This document shows, in pieces, positions 1 to 10,533 of a stretch of 64,000 nucleotides of DNA. The position numbers and the translations under genes were made by a program. The notes beneath the pieces are model-generated. The model searched no databases. It was not told where the DNA came from and was given only the letters and a program-made list of their open reading frames with translations. Position 1 is the stretch's first letter. Every line of letters begins with the position of its first letter. The stretch is taken from the NCBI GenBank assembly GCA_963785305.1, contig CAWAUV010000007.1, forward strand, positions 1,984,001 through 2,048,000. Reading direction: 5' to 3'. This DNA is from an uncultured Planctomycetaceae bacterium. GTDB taxonomy: Bacteria > Planctomycetota > Planctomycetia > Pirellulales > PALSA-1355.

Positions 1-230
1 TGCTCGTTACCGGGTTGGCGTCGACCGAGGTTCGTTGGCTCGCCGAGCTCGACTCTCTGGAGATCACGAACTGATGACGACGCACATTCGAGACTCGTCC
101 GCCGCCATGATCTGACGCAAATGGTGCAGAGGGCGGCAGGCGAATAGGTGTCGCCGATTAGTATCTTCGGGCTTGGCGCGAATAAGTTCGATATATGCGT
201 CATCGGTCTCACGGCCTGTCTCCCGATTCT

Positions 231-1556
231 TCACCAACGGGCTTCCAGGCCGGCGCTCACGCCTTGCAGCAAGACGCTGCCGCCGTGGTTGTGGGCCGTG
301 CCGCTGTTGGCGCCCAGGTTGAAGTCGAGCTGGTTGGGGGCCAGGGCTAGGCCGTCGATCCAGATCAGGTTGTAGCCGCCGCGCAGCATCAGGCGATCCG
401 TCAACCGAACGCCAAGGTTGAGGTTCAAGTCCGCCACGAACGCCACGCCGGCGTGGGAGAGCCAGTTGTCTTCATAGACCGCTTGGTTGCCATAGTCTTG
501 AATCAGCGTGCGCTGCCAGAACTGGTTGCCGAATAGGCCGAACTTATCGGTAATGTCCCAGTGCAAGCGTTTCCAATCGCCTTGGGCCCGAGTGCCGATC
601 TGGGCGCCCCAGAGATTGTTGTAGGTCCAGGTCGCGTAGTCGCTGCTTTCGGGCATGCCCTGGTAGGTCGAAGCGCCGCTAATATCGAAGTACTCGTTCC
701 ACGAGATGTAGCGCACTCCGGCCAGCAAGGTCACGCGGCCCAGCGGCCTGAGCCAATTGAGTTCGAAGTTTTCGAGCTGCGAGTTGTAGCTGCCGCGAAT
801 CGAATTGGCGAAGCTGTAATCGTAGCCATAGTAGCCCAGAGCGCCGGGCGCCGACACGGCGCCGCCATTGTTGGCCGAGGCCGAGGCGTTGAAGTCTTGA
901 AAGCCGAACCAGGTCGCTTCGAGCGCATTGCCGTTTTGGAAGCGATAGCCGGCAATGAGACGTGCGCCGGGCGCCCAGTTCGTAAAGGCGAGCTCGCGGG
1001 TGGTCAAGATCGTGGCGCCGGTGTAGGTGTTCACGGCAAACGGCTGGTCGATGCTCTGGTTATTGCGATGCAGCACCAGCGTTTCCAGCGAAACATAAAA
1101 ACCGGCGCCGCTTCCGGCCGGCGTGAGCCAGGGATTGAGCCAGTCGGCTTGGTCGGTCGCGGGATCGGGCGCCATGCTCTGGAGAAATGAACTTTGCCCG
1201 CTCGGCGTCGGTGCGTGGCTCGGCGCGACCGAAGGACCTGGCGCGACCGATGGACTCGGCGCCACCGAAGGACTCGGCGCGGCCGATGGGAAGGGCAGGA
1301 CCGATGGGCCCGGCGTGGCGGATGGACCCAAGGCGAATGTTGGACCCGGGGCGAACAATGGGCCCTGCGTCGTCGCGGGGCTTGTCGCGGCGCTGGGGGC
1401 ATATCCCGGCGTGGGGAAGCTGGGCGTGGGAATATTCGGCGCCGCGGGCTGAACCACCGCCGGCAAGCCCATGGTTTGGTCCGAGGGCGCTTGGCTCCAG
1501 GCGATGCGCGGCGAGAGCAACATCGCCGCGGCGAACCAGAGCCCGATCCGTTTCAC
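231..1556 (-). CDS. Planctomycete BBP7-type outer-membrane beta-barrel protein with Pro/Ser/Ala-rich N-terminal linker (start uncertain: GTG 1556 or ATG 1610)
   Basis: Signal-like VKRIGLWFAAAMLL...AWSQ; low-complexity linker; amphipathic strands (YNSQLENFELN, LLAGVRY, NNLWGAQIG, LRGGYNLIWIDGLALAPNQ); C-terminal ...GVSAGLEARW ending in an aromatic residue. Confidence 0.75.
   Translation of the reverse strand: MKRIGLWFAAAMLLSPRIAWSQAPSDQTMGLPAVVQPAAPNIPTPSFPTPGYAPSAATSPATTQGPLFAPGPTFALGPSATPGPSVLPFPSAAPSPSVAPSPSVAPGPSVAPSHAPTPSGQSSFLQSMAPDPATDQADWLNPWLTPAGSGAGFYVSLETLVLHRNNQSIDQPFAVNTYTGATILTTRELAFTNWAPGARLIAGYRFQNGNALEATWFGFQDFNASASANNGGAVSAPGALGYYGYDYSFANSIRGSYNSQLENFELNWLRPLGRVTLLAGVRYISWNEYFDISGASTYQGMPESSDYATWTYNNLWGAQIGTRAQGDWKRLHWDITDKFGLFGNQFWQRTLIQDYGNQAVYEDNWLSHAGVAFVADLNLNLGVRLTDRLMLRGGYNLIWIDGLALAPNQLDFNLGANSGTAHNHGGSVLLQGVSAGLEARW
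1222..1293. repeat. 18-bp coding tandem repeat, about 4 copies (PSVAPS/PG)
   Basis: GGCGCGACCGAAGGACCT, GGCGCGACCGATGGACTC, GGCGCCACCGAAGGACTC, GGCGCGGCCGATGGGAAG. Confidence 0.85.
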
Positions 1557-2147
1557 TCGGCCCGCGCGGAGATCACGCCGGGCGAATAAAAACCCGCGGC
1601 TGGCTTGCATGCCTGGTCTTTTTGATGGGGCGATTGAAAACCGGGAACCGAGTGGGCGGCGAAGAATCGCAAAAAAGGGGAAACGGCGCCAGCCCCGCTC
1701 GGGCGGCGATGCGGTAATTCGCATCGAATCCAGCAAGCCCCGGCGGTCGCCGGCGCCCGCGGCGCTATCGCCGGCGCTGGCGCCGCATTCGCTTGCATTT
1801 TGGTTTTTTTCCGGGCCGCGGAACCGGCGGAATAGCCAGTCGCGAACTCGCCTTGCTTTGTCGCAATACTTTAGATATTCCTACGCCGCCTTGGCTTGGG
1901 GCAACTTGGCCCAAGCGTTCCCATCTCATGGATGAAGCGACTCAAAGGCAAGTCGCGACGGACTTTGGAAAACGTCTGGCAATCGCCGCGGTGGAACAAT
2001 AAGAGTCAAAGCTATTTTGCTCCCTCGAGGCCATTTTCCCCTGGCGGACGGAAAATGGGCGCCTCGCGGAAGCGGCGCTTCAGACATTTACCTTTCCGGT
2101 GTGCATTCTCATCTTTGCATTCGATCAACAAGCACGGAACGAGCTTG

Positions 2148-5100
2148 ATGTCCGCTCGTCGCAGTGAAGTAGTCATCCTGATCCGCGCGCTCGTGGTATC
2201 GAGCTGCGCGCTGGGGGCGCTGACTGCGCGCGGACAAGATGCATCGCCTCCCGCCGGCGGAACCTATTATCCCGGCCCTCCGACAGCTTCGCCCAGCCCA
2301 CCGGCTTTGAATCCACCCTTGGGCCCGGCAGGTTCGCAGTCGCCCGGCCAGTTCCCGCCCGCGACCCAGGGCGGCCCGCCGTCGTCGGGCGGGCCATCGT
2401 CGCCGGTGGGGTCATCGCCGCCAAGTAGCGAGCCGGTACCCGCGCCGCCCATTCCGATCGATGCCCAGGTGGTCGATATTCGCCTCGTGGGCAATCGCCG
2501 CGTCACGCGTTCGGAAATCATTTCCAAGATGCACACCAAGGCGAGCCGGCCGTTCGACCAAGCGACGCTCGAAAGAGATGTTCGCGCCCTGGCCACCTGG
2601 GGCAAGTTCATCGATGTCAAGACACGCAAGGAATCCGTGCCCGGCGGTGTGTTGATCACGGTCGAAGTGATCGAGCGTCCGACATTGGAATACGTCAAAT
2701 TCCTGGGCAACAAGAAAGTCGGCCGCATGGCGCTGGCCAAGCAGGTCGACTTGAAGAAGGGCTCGCCGCTCGAGCCCTACGCGATCGAGGAGGGCAAGCG
2801 CAAGCTCGAGGAATACTATCGCGGCAAGGGCTTCAACGATGTGCAAGTCACGCTGCTCGAAGGCACCCAGCCCGACGACCACGGCGCCGTGTATTTGATT
2901 CACGAGGGCCCGCCGCAGAAAATCGCCAAGGTCGATTTCGTGGGCAACAGCATCGCCACCGATGGCCGGCTCAAGACCCAGATCGGCAGCAAGCCGCCGA
3001 TCCTCTGGCTCTTCAAGGGCGAAGTCGATCGCAAGAAGATCGAAGAAGACAAAGAGCATTTGACCGCCTATTATCGCGGACTTGGATTCTTTCGCGCCCA
3101 TGTGGGCGTCGAAACTCAGTGGAACGAAACCGAGGATCGACTCTCGATCACGTTCGTCATCGACGAAGGTCCCCGGGCACGCGTGCGGGAGGTCAAAATC
3201 CTCGGCAACTCGAAATTCACCTTCGAGCAGCTCTCGCACGACCTCGAGCTCAAGCAGAAAGATTGGTTCGATCAGGCCAAACTCGCCAAGGATGTCACCA
3301 CCCTCCGCGATCTCTATGGCGGTCAAGGCTATGTGTTTTGCGATGTGCAGCCCGAGACCCGGGTGCTCGAAGACGCCACGGCCATGGACATGGTCTATGT
3401 GATTCGCGAGGGCGATCGATACCGTGTGTCGAGGATCAATGTGCATATCGAAAGCACCGACACGATCCATCCGCACACCAGCCAGCGCACCGTGCTCAAT
3501 CGGTTGTCGCTGCGTCCGGGCGATATCATCGATGTCAACAAGCTGCGGCAGAGCGAGCGGCGGTTGAAGGCGTCGCAATTGTTCGTGTCGGATCCAAGCA
3601 AGGGCCGGCCGCCGACGATCGTGTTCACGCCGCCCGACAGCGAAAATCCCGACGCCAACGGCGAAAGCGTGGCGCACAAGCCGAAGAAGCGTGGCCGCAC
3701 GGCATCGGGCGGGACCTTCCGCGGCCAAAGCCCCGATCCCGAGGATTCGCAAGAGCCGATGGAGACTCCGGAAACGAAAAGCGGCTTATGGCGGTTGCTC
3801 ACCCGCCCGAAATCCTCGAGCGGCGTCGCGCCGGAGCCGGAGTCCGACGAACCCCTACCACGTTGGAAACAGGTCAGCATTCCGCTCGAAGTGGTTCCCG
3901 AGCCCGGCGCCGAGCCGAATGCCCGCGCCCGCCGCGGCGCGTCGCGCCGATCGCCGGCGGCCAACCCGCGACTTCATCGATGCCGGCCAGCGCCGCGCCG
4001 ATCACCGCGGCGGTAGCGCCAACCGTCGCGACCCGAACCGCGGCGATTCCCCAACCGCAAGTTTCGGGACCGTTTACACCCGGTGCTCGAGCGACAGTTA
4101 CACCTGGTGCTCGAGCGACAGACGTTCGCCCGGCGTCGGCCTTTGCTTCCGCCAATCCTGGAACGAATGGGGCTCGGCGGATCGCCGTGACCGATGCCGG
4201 ACAGAGCCCGGCGAGCGGCGTGAGCGCGGCGTCGTACATCGCGCCGAGCCAATCGTCGCCGACGGAGAACTTCGGCGAAGCCCAGCGGAATCAGCTCGCG
4301 GGCGCCGCGGCGACCGACGCCATGGCGCCTTTGAATCCGCGCTTCGGCCCACCCTCGCCGCCGGCACGACGCTTCACGTGGTTTGTGATGATGGACCGCT
4401 CGGCCGGCTGGCTCGACGATATCCATCCGCGCTGTCTGGTGAATCCCGAGCCCGCGGCGCGAGGCTCCGGCTCGCCGATCTTTCGCGGGCAAGACCCCAA
4501 CTCCGGCTTCGGCCCGCCGGGCGGGTACAACCCGTCGAATCCACTGGGGCCGGGCTCCGGGCCGGGCGCGCCGCTCGTGCCGGGCGCCGGGGCGCCGGGC
4601 ATTCTTGGCGGGCCACCGGTCTCGCCGCTCGAAGATCCCGTGCGCGAGATTCCGCTCGATGTCTACACCACCGAAACCCAAACCGGACGCCTCATGTTCG
4701 GCGCCGGCATCAACTCGAACGCCGGCCTCGTGGGCAATGTGACCGTCGACGAGCAGAACTTCGATTGGCGCCGCATTCCCACCAGCAGCGAAGACTGGCG
4801 CAATGGCACCGCCTTCCGCGGCGGCGGCCAGCGATTCAACATCTCCATGTCGCCGGGCACCTTGCTGCAGCGCTATTCGGTGTCGTTCTCCGAGCCTTAT
4901 CTCTGGGACACCCCGGTCAGCTTCGGCGTGAGCGGCGCTTACTTCCAGCGATACTACATGAACTGGACCGAGCAACGCTCGGGCGGACGCATCGCCACGG
5001 GTTATCAAATCACGCCCGATTTGAGCGGCAGCGTGGCTTTCAGCGGCGACGATGTGAAGATTTCGAATCCCAGCAACCCGAGCGAACCGCAGTTGGCTCG

Positions 5101-5716
5101 CGTGCTCGGCCACACGGCGCTGTTGGGCGTGACCGGCTCGTTGGTCTACGACACTCGCGACAACACATTCCTCGCCACGCAGGGCCGATACTATAATCTT
5201 TCGGTTGAACAGGCGTTTGGCACATTCGTCTTTCCGCGGGCGGTGCTCGATGTGCGTCGCTTTTTCACGCTGCATCAGCGGCCCGACGGCTCGGGCCGCC
5301 ATGTGGTGGCGGTGTCCGGCTTGTTCGGGGCCGAAGGCAATAACGCTCCGCTCTACGATCACTTCTTCGCGGGCGGTATCGGCACGATTCGCGGCTTCTA
5401 CTATCGCGGGGCGTCGCCGGTCGATCAGGGCGTGATCGTCGGCGGCACGACCGAGGCGTTGTTCTCGGTCGAATACGTGTTTCCGATCACGGCCGACGAC
5501 ATGCTCCGCGGCACCGTGTTCGTCGATGGCGGATTGCTCGAGCCCGGCTTCACCTATCAACCGTCGAGCGTGCGGCTCGCTCCGGGCTTTGGCGTTCTGA
5601 TCAATGTGCCGGCCATGGGCCCGGCGCCGATCAATGTTGGCATTGCGATCCCGGTGATGCGGAATCCGAACGACACGCTGCAATACTTCTACTTCTCGAT
5701 GGGCTTCGGCCGCTAA
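2148..5716 (+). CDS. bamA: BamA/Omp85 outer-membrane assembly factor (POTRA domains, long linker, barrel); one frameshift near 3930-3950
   Basis: POTRA repeats (DIRLVGNRRV, VKFLGN, VDFVGN, VKILGN) in ORF 1896..4016; barrel in ORF 3119..5716 with TGRLMFGAGINS, FFAGGIGTIRGF (VRGF-type motif) and terminal FSMGFGR. Confidence 0.85.
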
Positions 5717-6146
5717 TCGAAAAGCGTCGCTCCTCGCCGCGAGGTCCCCCCTGCGCCTTTGGTGAGCGGCGTCCGCCGTTCGAAGAACGAGATGAAAGCC
5801 CGCCCGGCACGGAATCGAGTCAAGAACAAAATATCAGAATTCTATTTGATCCGCGCCGATCCGCGGGTTTTTATGGAAGTCGAGGAAACGCACGGGCGAA
5901 ACCACGCCTACAAACGCCATCGGTGGCCGGTATTGGGTATTCCACATTCGCCCGAGATGCCATCGTGAACTAGAGTTCCTTGGCGGTTGTCCGCATCGTT
6001 GGCGGACGGGCCATATCGGCAAGCATTATCGGAGTGATTTAGCCTTGAGTTTCCCAATGAAAATGCGAGCCGGATCGTTTCGGCGTTCGGCGAACGAGCA
6101 TCGCGTCAATGCGCCCACGACCCATCTGGAAGTGTTGACCCGCCGG

Positions 6147-6332
6147 GTGATCGACCGTCCGTGGCGGCTCGTTCGCCGGCTGCTTGGTGATGAATCCGGG
6201 CCGACGGCCGTGGAATACGCGGTCATGTTGGCGCTGATTGTGATCGTATGCCTGTCGGCAGTGAAAACGCTGGGCTCCAACGCGAGCACCAAGTTCTCGA
6301 CAGTCGCGGCCTCGCTGGCCAGTGGAAGCTAA
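6147..6332 (+). CDS. flp: Flp family type IVb pilin (start approximate)
   Basis: RLLGDESG|PTAVEYAVMLALIVIVCL: prepilin cleavage site with E+5/Y+6 Flp motif and hydrophobic helix. Confidence 0.9.
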   Translation: MIDRPWRLVRRLLGDESGPTAVEYAVMLALIVIVCLSAVKTLGSNASTKFSTVAASLASGS

Positions 6333-6409
6333 TGACGCGCGGATAACCCCGGGGCTCAAAAACGGCGCCTCGCTTGAATCTCCGCCGTTTGAATCCGCCC
6401 CGGTGTTTC

Positions 6410-7546
6410 TTAAACCCAACCGCGTCGCTTGAACCACAGCAGCATGCCGCCCGAAAGGCACCCGCAGGCCAAGAGAAACAGCGGGTAGGTCCACTGGCTT
6501 TGCTGGCCGGGCAGCGGCACATTCATTCCGTAGACACCGGCGAGAAATGTGAGCGGAATGAAGATCGTGCCCATGATCGTGAGCACTTTCATGATCTCGT
6601 TCATGCGAATCGACAGCGCCGACATGTAGATTTCCGTGAGGCCATTCGCGAATTCGCGGTAGGTCTCCACGAGGTCGATGATCTGCACCGTGTGGTCGTA
6701 CACATCACGGAGATAGGTGCGAGTTTCGGCCGACATGCACTCGTGGGTCTCGCGCTGCAGGTTGTTGATCACTTCGCGCATCGGCCAGGCGGCCCGGCGG
6801 AGGGTGAGTAGTTCGCGCTTGATCGCGTGGATTTCCAGCATCGCTCCCTGGGCGGGCTGGCCGAGCACCATGTCCTCCAGATCCTCGAGCCGATCCGAGT
6901 AGCGCTCCAGAATCGGGAAGCACTGGTCCACGATCGCGTCGAGCAGCGAATAGAGCAGAAAGCTCACATCGGTCTCGCGCAGCCGCGAGCCCGGCGTCGC
7001 GAGCCGCTGCCGCACCGGCGACCAAACATCGCCCGCGCGAGTCTCCTGAAAAGTGAGCAGCGTCTTGCGACCCACGAACAAACTCACCTGCTCGCTCCGC
7101 AAACCGCCTGACGCGAGCGTCACCATGCGGGCCACGATAAACAATCGGGCATGGCTCTCGGCCGAGCTCGGATAATCCTCGACCTTGGCCCGCTGCGGAA
7201 TCTGCACCACGTCTTCGACCGCCAGCGGATGGAGGTCGTATTTGACCGCGATCGCCCGGATTACGGCCATGTCGTCGACGCCATCGACATTGATCCACCG
7301 CACGGCCGACCACTCGGGCCGATGCGCCGCCAAGAAACCGGCCAAATCGTCGATCGGGCGACTTTCGAATCGCTCGGCCGAATAGTCGATGGCCGTGACC
7401 ACGGCCGGCGCCACGCGTCCGGTCGCCAGGGGCAATTCGTAGCGGTCGCCCGGAGCCGCCTCGACTGTTTTCGCGTTGTCGGCGGCCTCGCGCGGCTGGG
7501 GCGTTTGGGGCGACAGAGTGGCGTCCTCGGGCGGGTGCTGCGACAT
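6410..7546 (-). CDS. corA: Magnesium/cobalt transporter CorA
   Basis: WINVDG, LHPLAVED, MNEIMKVLT, YGMN signature between two C-terminal TM helices, KRRGWV end. Confidence 0.95.
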   Translation of the reverse strand: MSQHPPEDATLSPQTPQPREAADNAKTVEAAPGDRYELPLATGRVAPAVVTAIDYSAERFESRPIDDLAGFLAAHRPEWSAVRWINVDGVDDMAVIRAIAVKYDLHPLAVEDVVQIPQRAKVEDYPSSAESHARLFIVARMVTLASGGLRSEQVSLFVGRKTLLTFQETRAGDVWSPVRQRLATPGSRLRETDVSFLLYSLLDAIVDQCFPILERYSDRLEDLEDMVLGQPAQGAMLEIHAIKRELLTLRRAAWPMREVINNLQRETHECMSAETRTYLRDVYDHTVQIIDLVETYREFANGLTEIYMSALSIRMNEIMKVLTIMGTIFIPLTFLAGVYGMNVPLPGQQSQWTYPLFLLACGCLSGGMLLWFKRRGWV

Positions 7547-7553
7547 GGGGTCG

Positions 7554-7559
7554 ATTATA
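7554..7559 (-). promoter_or_regulatory. -10 box (TATAAT) 7 nt upstream of corA ATG; possible leaderless transcript
   Basis: ATTATA on + strand at 7554-7559; ATG at 7546. Confidence 0.5.
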
Positions 7560-7666
7560 CGCGCCGGCTACGCTGGAGCGAAACCATTTCGCCCGGCCCG
7601 CGGCGGCTGATATGCTAATCCGCCGACCGACGTTGCCGTTGCACGATGCGCCTTGGAGCCCGTTGA

Positions 7667-9712
7667 ATGTTCGCCGAGTCCAAAAATCAAACGCTTTTCG
7701 GCCACCCGGCTGGCCTCTATACGCTGTTTTTCGCCGAGCTTTGGGAACGGTTCTCGTACTACGGCATGCGAGCGCTGCTGCTCTTCTACATGCTTAAAGG
7801 CTTTTTGGGCTACGACGACGAGCGGGCCTATCCCACCTATGGCGCTTATACGGCACTCGTCTACATGACGCCGTTCTTCGGCGGAATGTTGGCCGACAAA
7901 CTGCTCGGGGCGCGGCGGGCCGTGGTGTTCGGCGGCTTGCTGATGGCCGCCGGGCATTTGCTCATGACCATCGAGCACACAATCGCGTTCTTTACCGCGC
8001 TGGGACTGCTCATCATCGGCAACGGCTTCTTCAAGCCGAACATTTCCACGATGGTCGGCGAGCTTTATGGCGCCAACGCCCCGCGGCGAGACGCGGGTTT
8101 CACCATCTTCTACATGGGCGTGAATCTTGGCGCGGCCCTTTCGCCGCTCCTGTGCGGCTACGTCGGAGAACGCTATGGCTGGCACTATGGTTTCGGACTG
8201 GCCACGATCGGCATGCTCACGGGCTTGGCCGTCTTCGTGCTGCCGGGCGGCGTCGCGCGTGTGTTGATCCTCGGCGCCGCGATTCTGGCCGCGGGCTCGC
8301 TCTTCATCTTGCACTCGACGAATCCTTACCTGATCGCCATCAATGTGTTCGTGGGCTTGGCTCTCTTGGCGGCGGCTGGCGTGGCGTGGATGTCGGTTTC
8401 GCGCGGTGGATTGCCGGCCGATGTGGGAAGGGCGCCCAAGGATTCCAGCGGCCAGCCGGCGTCGGCGTCCGGCTTGGCGACCTTGGCCACCTACGCGGTG
8501 TCGCTCCTGTGCGTGCCGCTGCTGGCGCTGCTCGTATCCGGCTTTTCGACGTTCACGCCCGACCACAAACCGCTGGTTATCATTGCGCCGGAATTCGTCG
8601 AACGGTTCACCAAGAGCGACAACCCCTTGAAGCAGTCGGTGGGCAGCATGCTCGCGCCGGCGAGCAAGGCGCATCCCAGCGGGTTGGTGCTGGCGCTTGC
8701 CGGCGCCGTGGCCGCGGCGTATTTGGCGCGAAAAATCGTTCGGCTGGAGCGCATCGCCCGACAGCGGATGTATGTCGTGCTCGTGCTAACGTTCGCGAGC
8801 ATGCTCTTTTGGGCATTTTTCGAACAGGCGGGCAGTTCGGTGAACAACTTCACCGACCGCAACGTCCGCCGCGTGTTTCACGCCTCCACGACGCGCACCA
8901 TTACGCCAGCCGATATCGGCGCCACGATCCACTTGCAGCCCACCCAGAATCAACTCGGATTCCGCAATGGCGGTAAAATGTTCACGCTCGATCAATTAGA
9001 CGCCCTGCGCAAGGAGCACTCCGACGATCCCGATTTCGAGATCGCTTGGCTGGTCTCGCCGGATAATATTTGCATGAACATCGACCATCGCGCCGACGAA
9101 GTCGCCGCGAGCGTGCTTCAAGCCGCCAACGCAATTTACATCCTCGTGTTGGGGCTTGTATTCACCGCTCTCTGGTCGCTGCTGGGCACGCGCGGCGTCG
9201 AGCCGAGCACTCCACTCAAATTCTCGCTGGGCCTCTTGCAGTTGGGTCTGGGATTCGTCGCGTTTTGGTATGGCGCCATCGACGCCAATTCGCGAGGGAT
9301 CGTCGCCATGCAATGGCTGCTGCTCGGATATCTTTTGCACACGACGGGCGAACTGTGCGTCTCGCCCGTCGGACTATCGATGGTCACCAAACTCTCTCCG
9401 CGCAACCTGGTGAGCACCGTGATGGGAACATGGTTTCTGGCCACGGCGTTTTCGCAATTCTTGGCGGCGATGATCGCGCAGTTCACGCGGGTCGATTCGG
9501 GCGGCGCCGGCAAGCAATCGATTCCACCACCCATCGATACCGTGGGCGTCTACGGCGACGTCTTCGGACGGATCGCGATCGCGGCGATCGTATCGGCCGG
9601 CGTATTTTTGGCGCTCACGCCGCTCTTGAAGAAATGGATGCACGAAGGATCGCCGGCCGAAAGCGACTCGGGTCGTGAGGATTCAGACCGTCCGACGCCC
9701 GGCCACGCGTGA
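7667..9712 (+). CDS. POT/PTR family proton-dependent oligopeptide transporter (MFS)
   Basis: ELWERFSYYGM (ExxERFxYY), GGMLADKLLG, GNGFFKPN, FYMGVNLG, FWAFFEQAGSS, GELCVSPVGLS. Confidence 0.95.
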   Translation: MFAESKNQTLFGHPAGLYTLFFAELWERFSYYGMRALLLFYMLKGFLGYDDERAYPTYGAYTALVYMTPFFGGMLADKLLGARRAVVFGGLLMAAGHLLMTIEHTIAFFTALGLLIIGNGFFKPNISTMVGELYGANAPRRDAGFTIFYMGVNLGAALSPLLCGYVGERYGWHYGFGLATIGMLTGLAVFVLPGGVARVLILGAAILAAGSLFILHSTNPYLIAINVFVGLALLAAAGVAWMSVSRGGLPADVGRAPKDSSGQPASASGLATLATYAVSLLCVPLLALLVSGFSTFTPDHKPLVIIAPEFVERFTKSDNPLKQSVGSMLAPASKAHPSGLVLALAGAVAAAYLARKIVRLERIARQRMYVVLVLTFASMLFWAFFEQAGSSVNNFTDRNVRRVFHASTTRTITPADIGATIHLQPTQNQLGFRNGGKMFTLDQLDALRKEHSDDPDFEIAWLVSPDNICMNIDHRADEVAASVLQAANAIYILVLGLVFTALWSLLGTRGVEPSTPLKFSLGLLQLGLGFVAFWYGAIDANSRGIVAMQWLLLGYLLHTTGELCVSPVGLSMVTKLSPRNLVSTVMGTWFLATAFSQFLAAMIAQFTRVDSGGAGKQSIPPPIDTVGVYGDVFGRIAIAAIVSAGVFLALTPLLKKWMHEGSPAESDSGREDSDRPTPGHA

Positions 9713-9963
9713 AGTCGCTAACGAACGCTTGGCGACAATAAAAAGCAATTCGCCGCCTCGAGCCGACGAACCGCCCCCTTGCGGTTTGCCCATCCGCGGC
9801 GGAACATCGGTCGCGTCGTTTCCCCCCTGCCCAGCGCGGGGGCGAACTTGTTAAGATTCGAGGTTTCCCGTTGTAGGGAGCGCGGCGCATCGATGCTCCC
9901 GGGGGGCGACGGTTCGCGCCGCGCAACCCGGTCTCCCTTGGATTTTTGTGAGAAACTCGAAGC

Positions 9964-10533
9964 ATGTCACGAATCGCCCTTGCGTTTCGCGTTTTTTTCG
10001 CGGTGTTGTTTAATGCGGTCGCGGCGGATCGGATGCGAGCGGCGCTCGACAGCCATGCCGCTCCGTCGGCCGACGCGACCTCGACCAGCGGCCCCGACAC
10101 CCGGTCGTCAGCCGCCAAGCCAGCGCCGCCTGCTCGGCCCGCGGCGCCGGCTCGGAGCGAAGCGATCACGCTGCTCGCCACTTTGCAGCGCGAGGCCCGG
10201 CTGATCGACTTTTTGCAAGAACGGCTCGACGATTATTCCGACGCCCAGATCGGCGCCGCGGTGCGCGATGTGCATCGCCAGGCCGGCGACACCCTGCGGC
10301 GGCTCTTCGACCTGGCGCCGGTCGCCGATGGCGAGGAAGGCGCCATGATCGATGTGCCGGCCGAGGGCGGGGCGGCCCGGTTTCACTTGGTGGGAGCGGT
10401 CGGCGGCAGCGGCGCTCGACGCGGCGCACTGCGGCACAAAGGTTGGCGGGCCACGCGCTGCCAGTTGCCCGAATGGACCGGAGAGGAATCGGCCAAGTTC
10501 ATCGTCGCGCCGGCGGAGGTGGAGCTCTCGTGA
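9964..10533 (+). CDS. DUF2760 domain protein
   Basis: AITLLATLQREARLIDFLQE, YSDAQIGAAVRDVH, GALRHKGW...VAPAEVEL; stop codon abuts the Hsp70 start. Confidence 0.85.
   Translation: MSRIALAFRVFFAVLFNAVAADRMRAALDSHAAPSADATSTSGPDTRSSAAKPAPPARPAAPARSEAITLLATLQREARLIDFLQERLDDYSDAQIGAAVRDVHRQAGDTLRRLFDLAPVADGEEGAMIDVPAEGGAARFHLVGAVGGSGARRGALRHKGWRATRCQLPEWTGEESAKFIVAPAEVELS

Noticed and set aside
3..74. 3' end of an upstream CDS (LVTGLASTEVRWLAELDSLEITN*)
   Set aside because: Too short to assign
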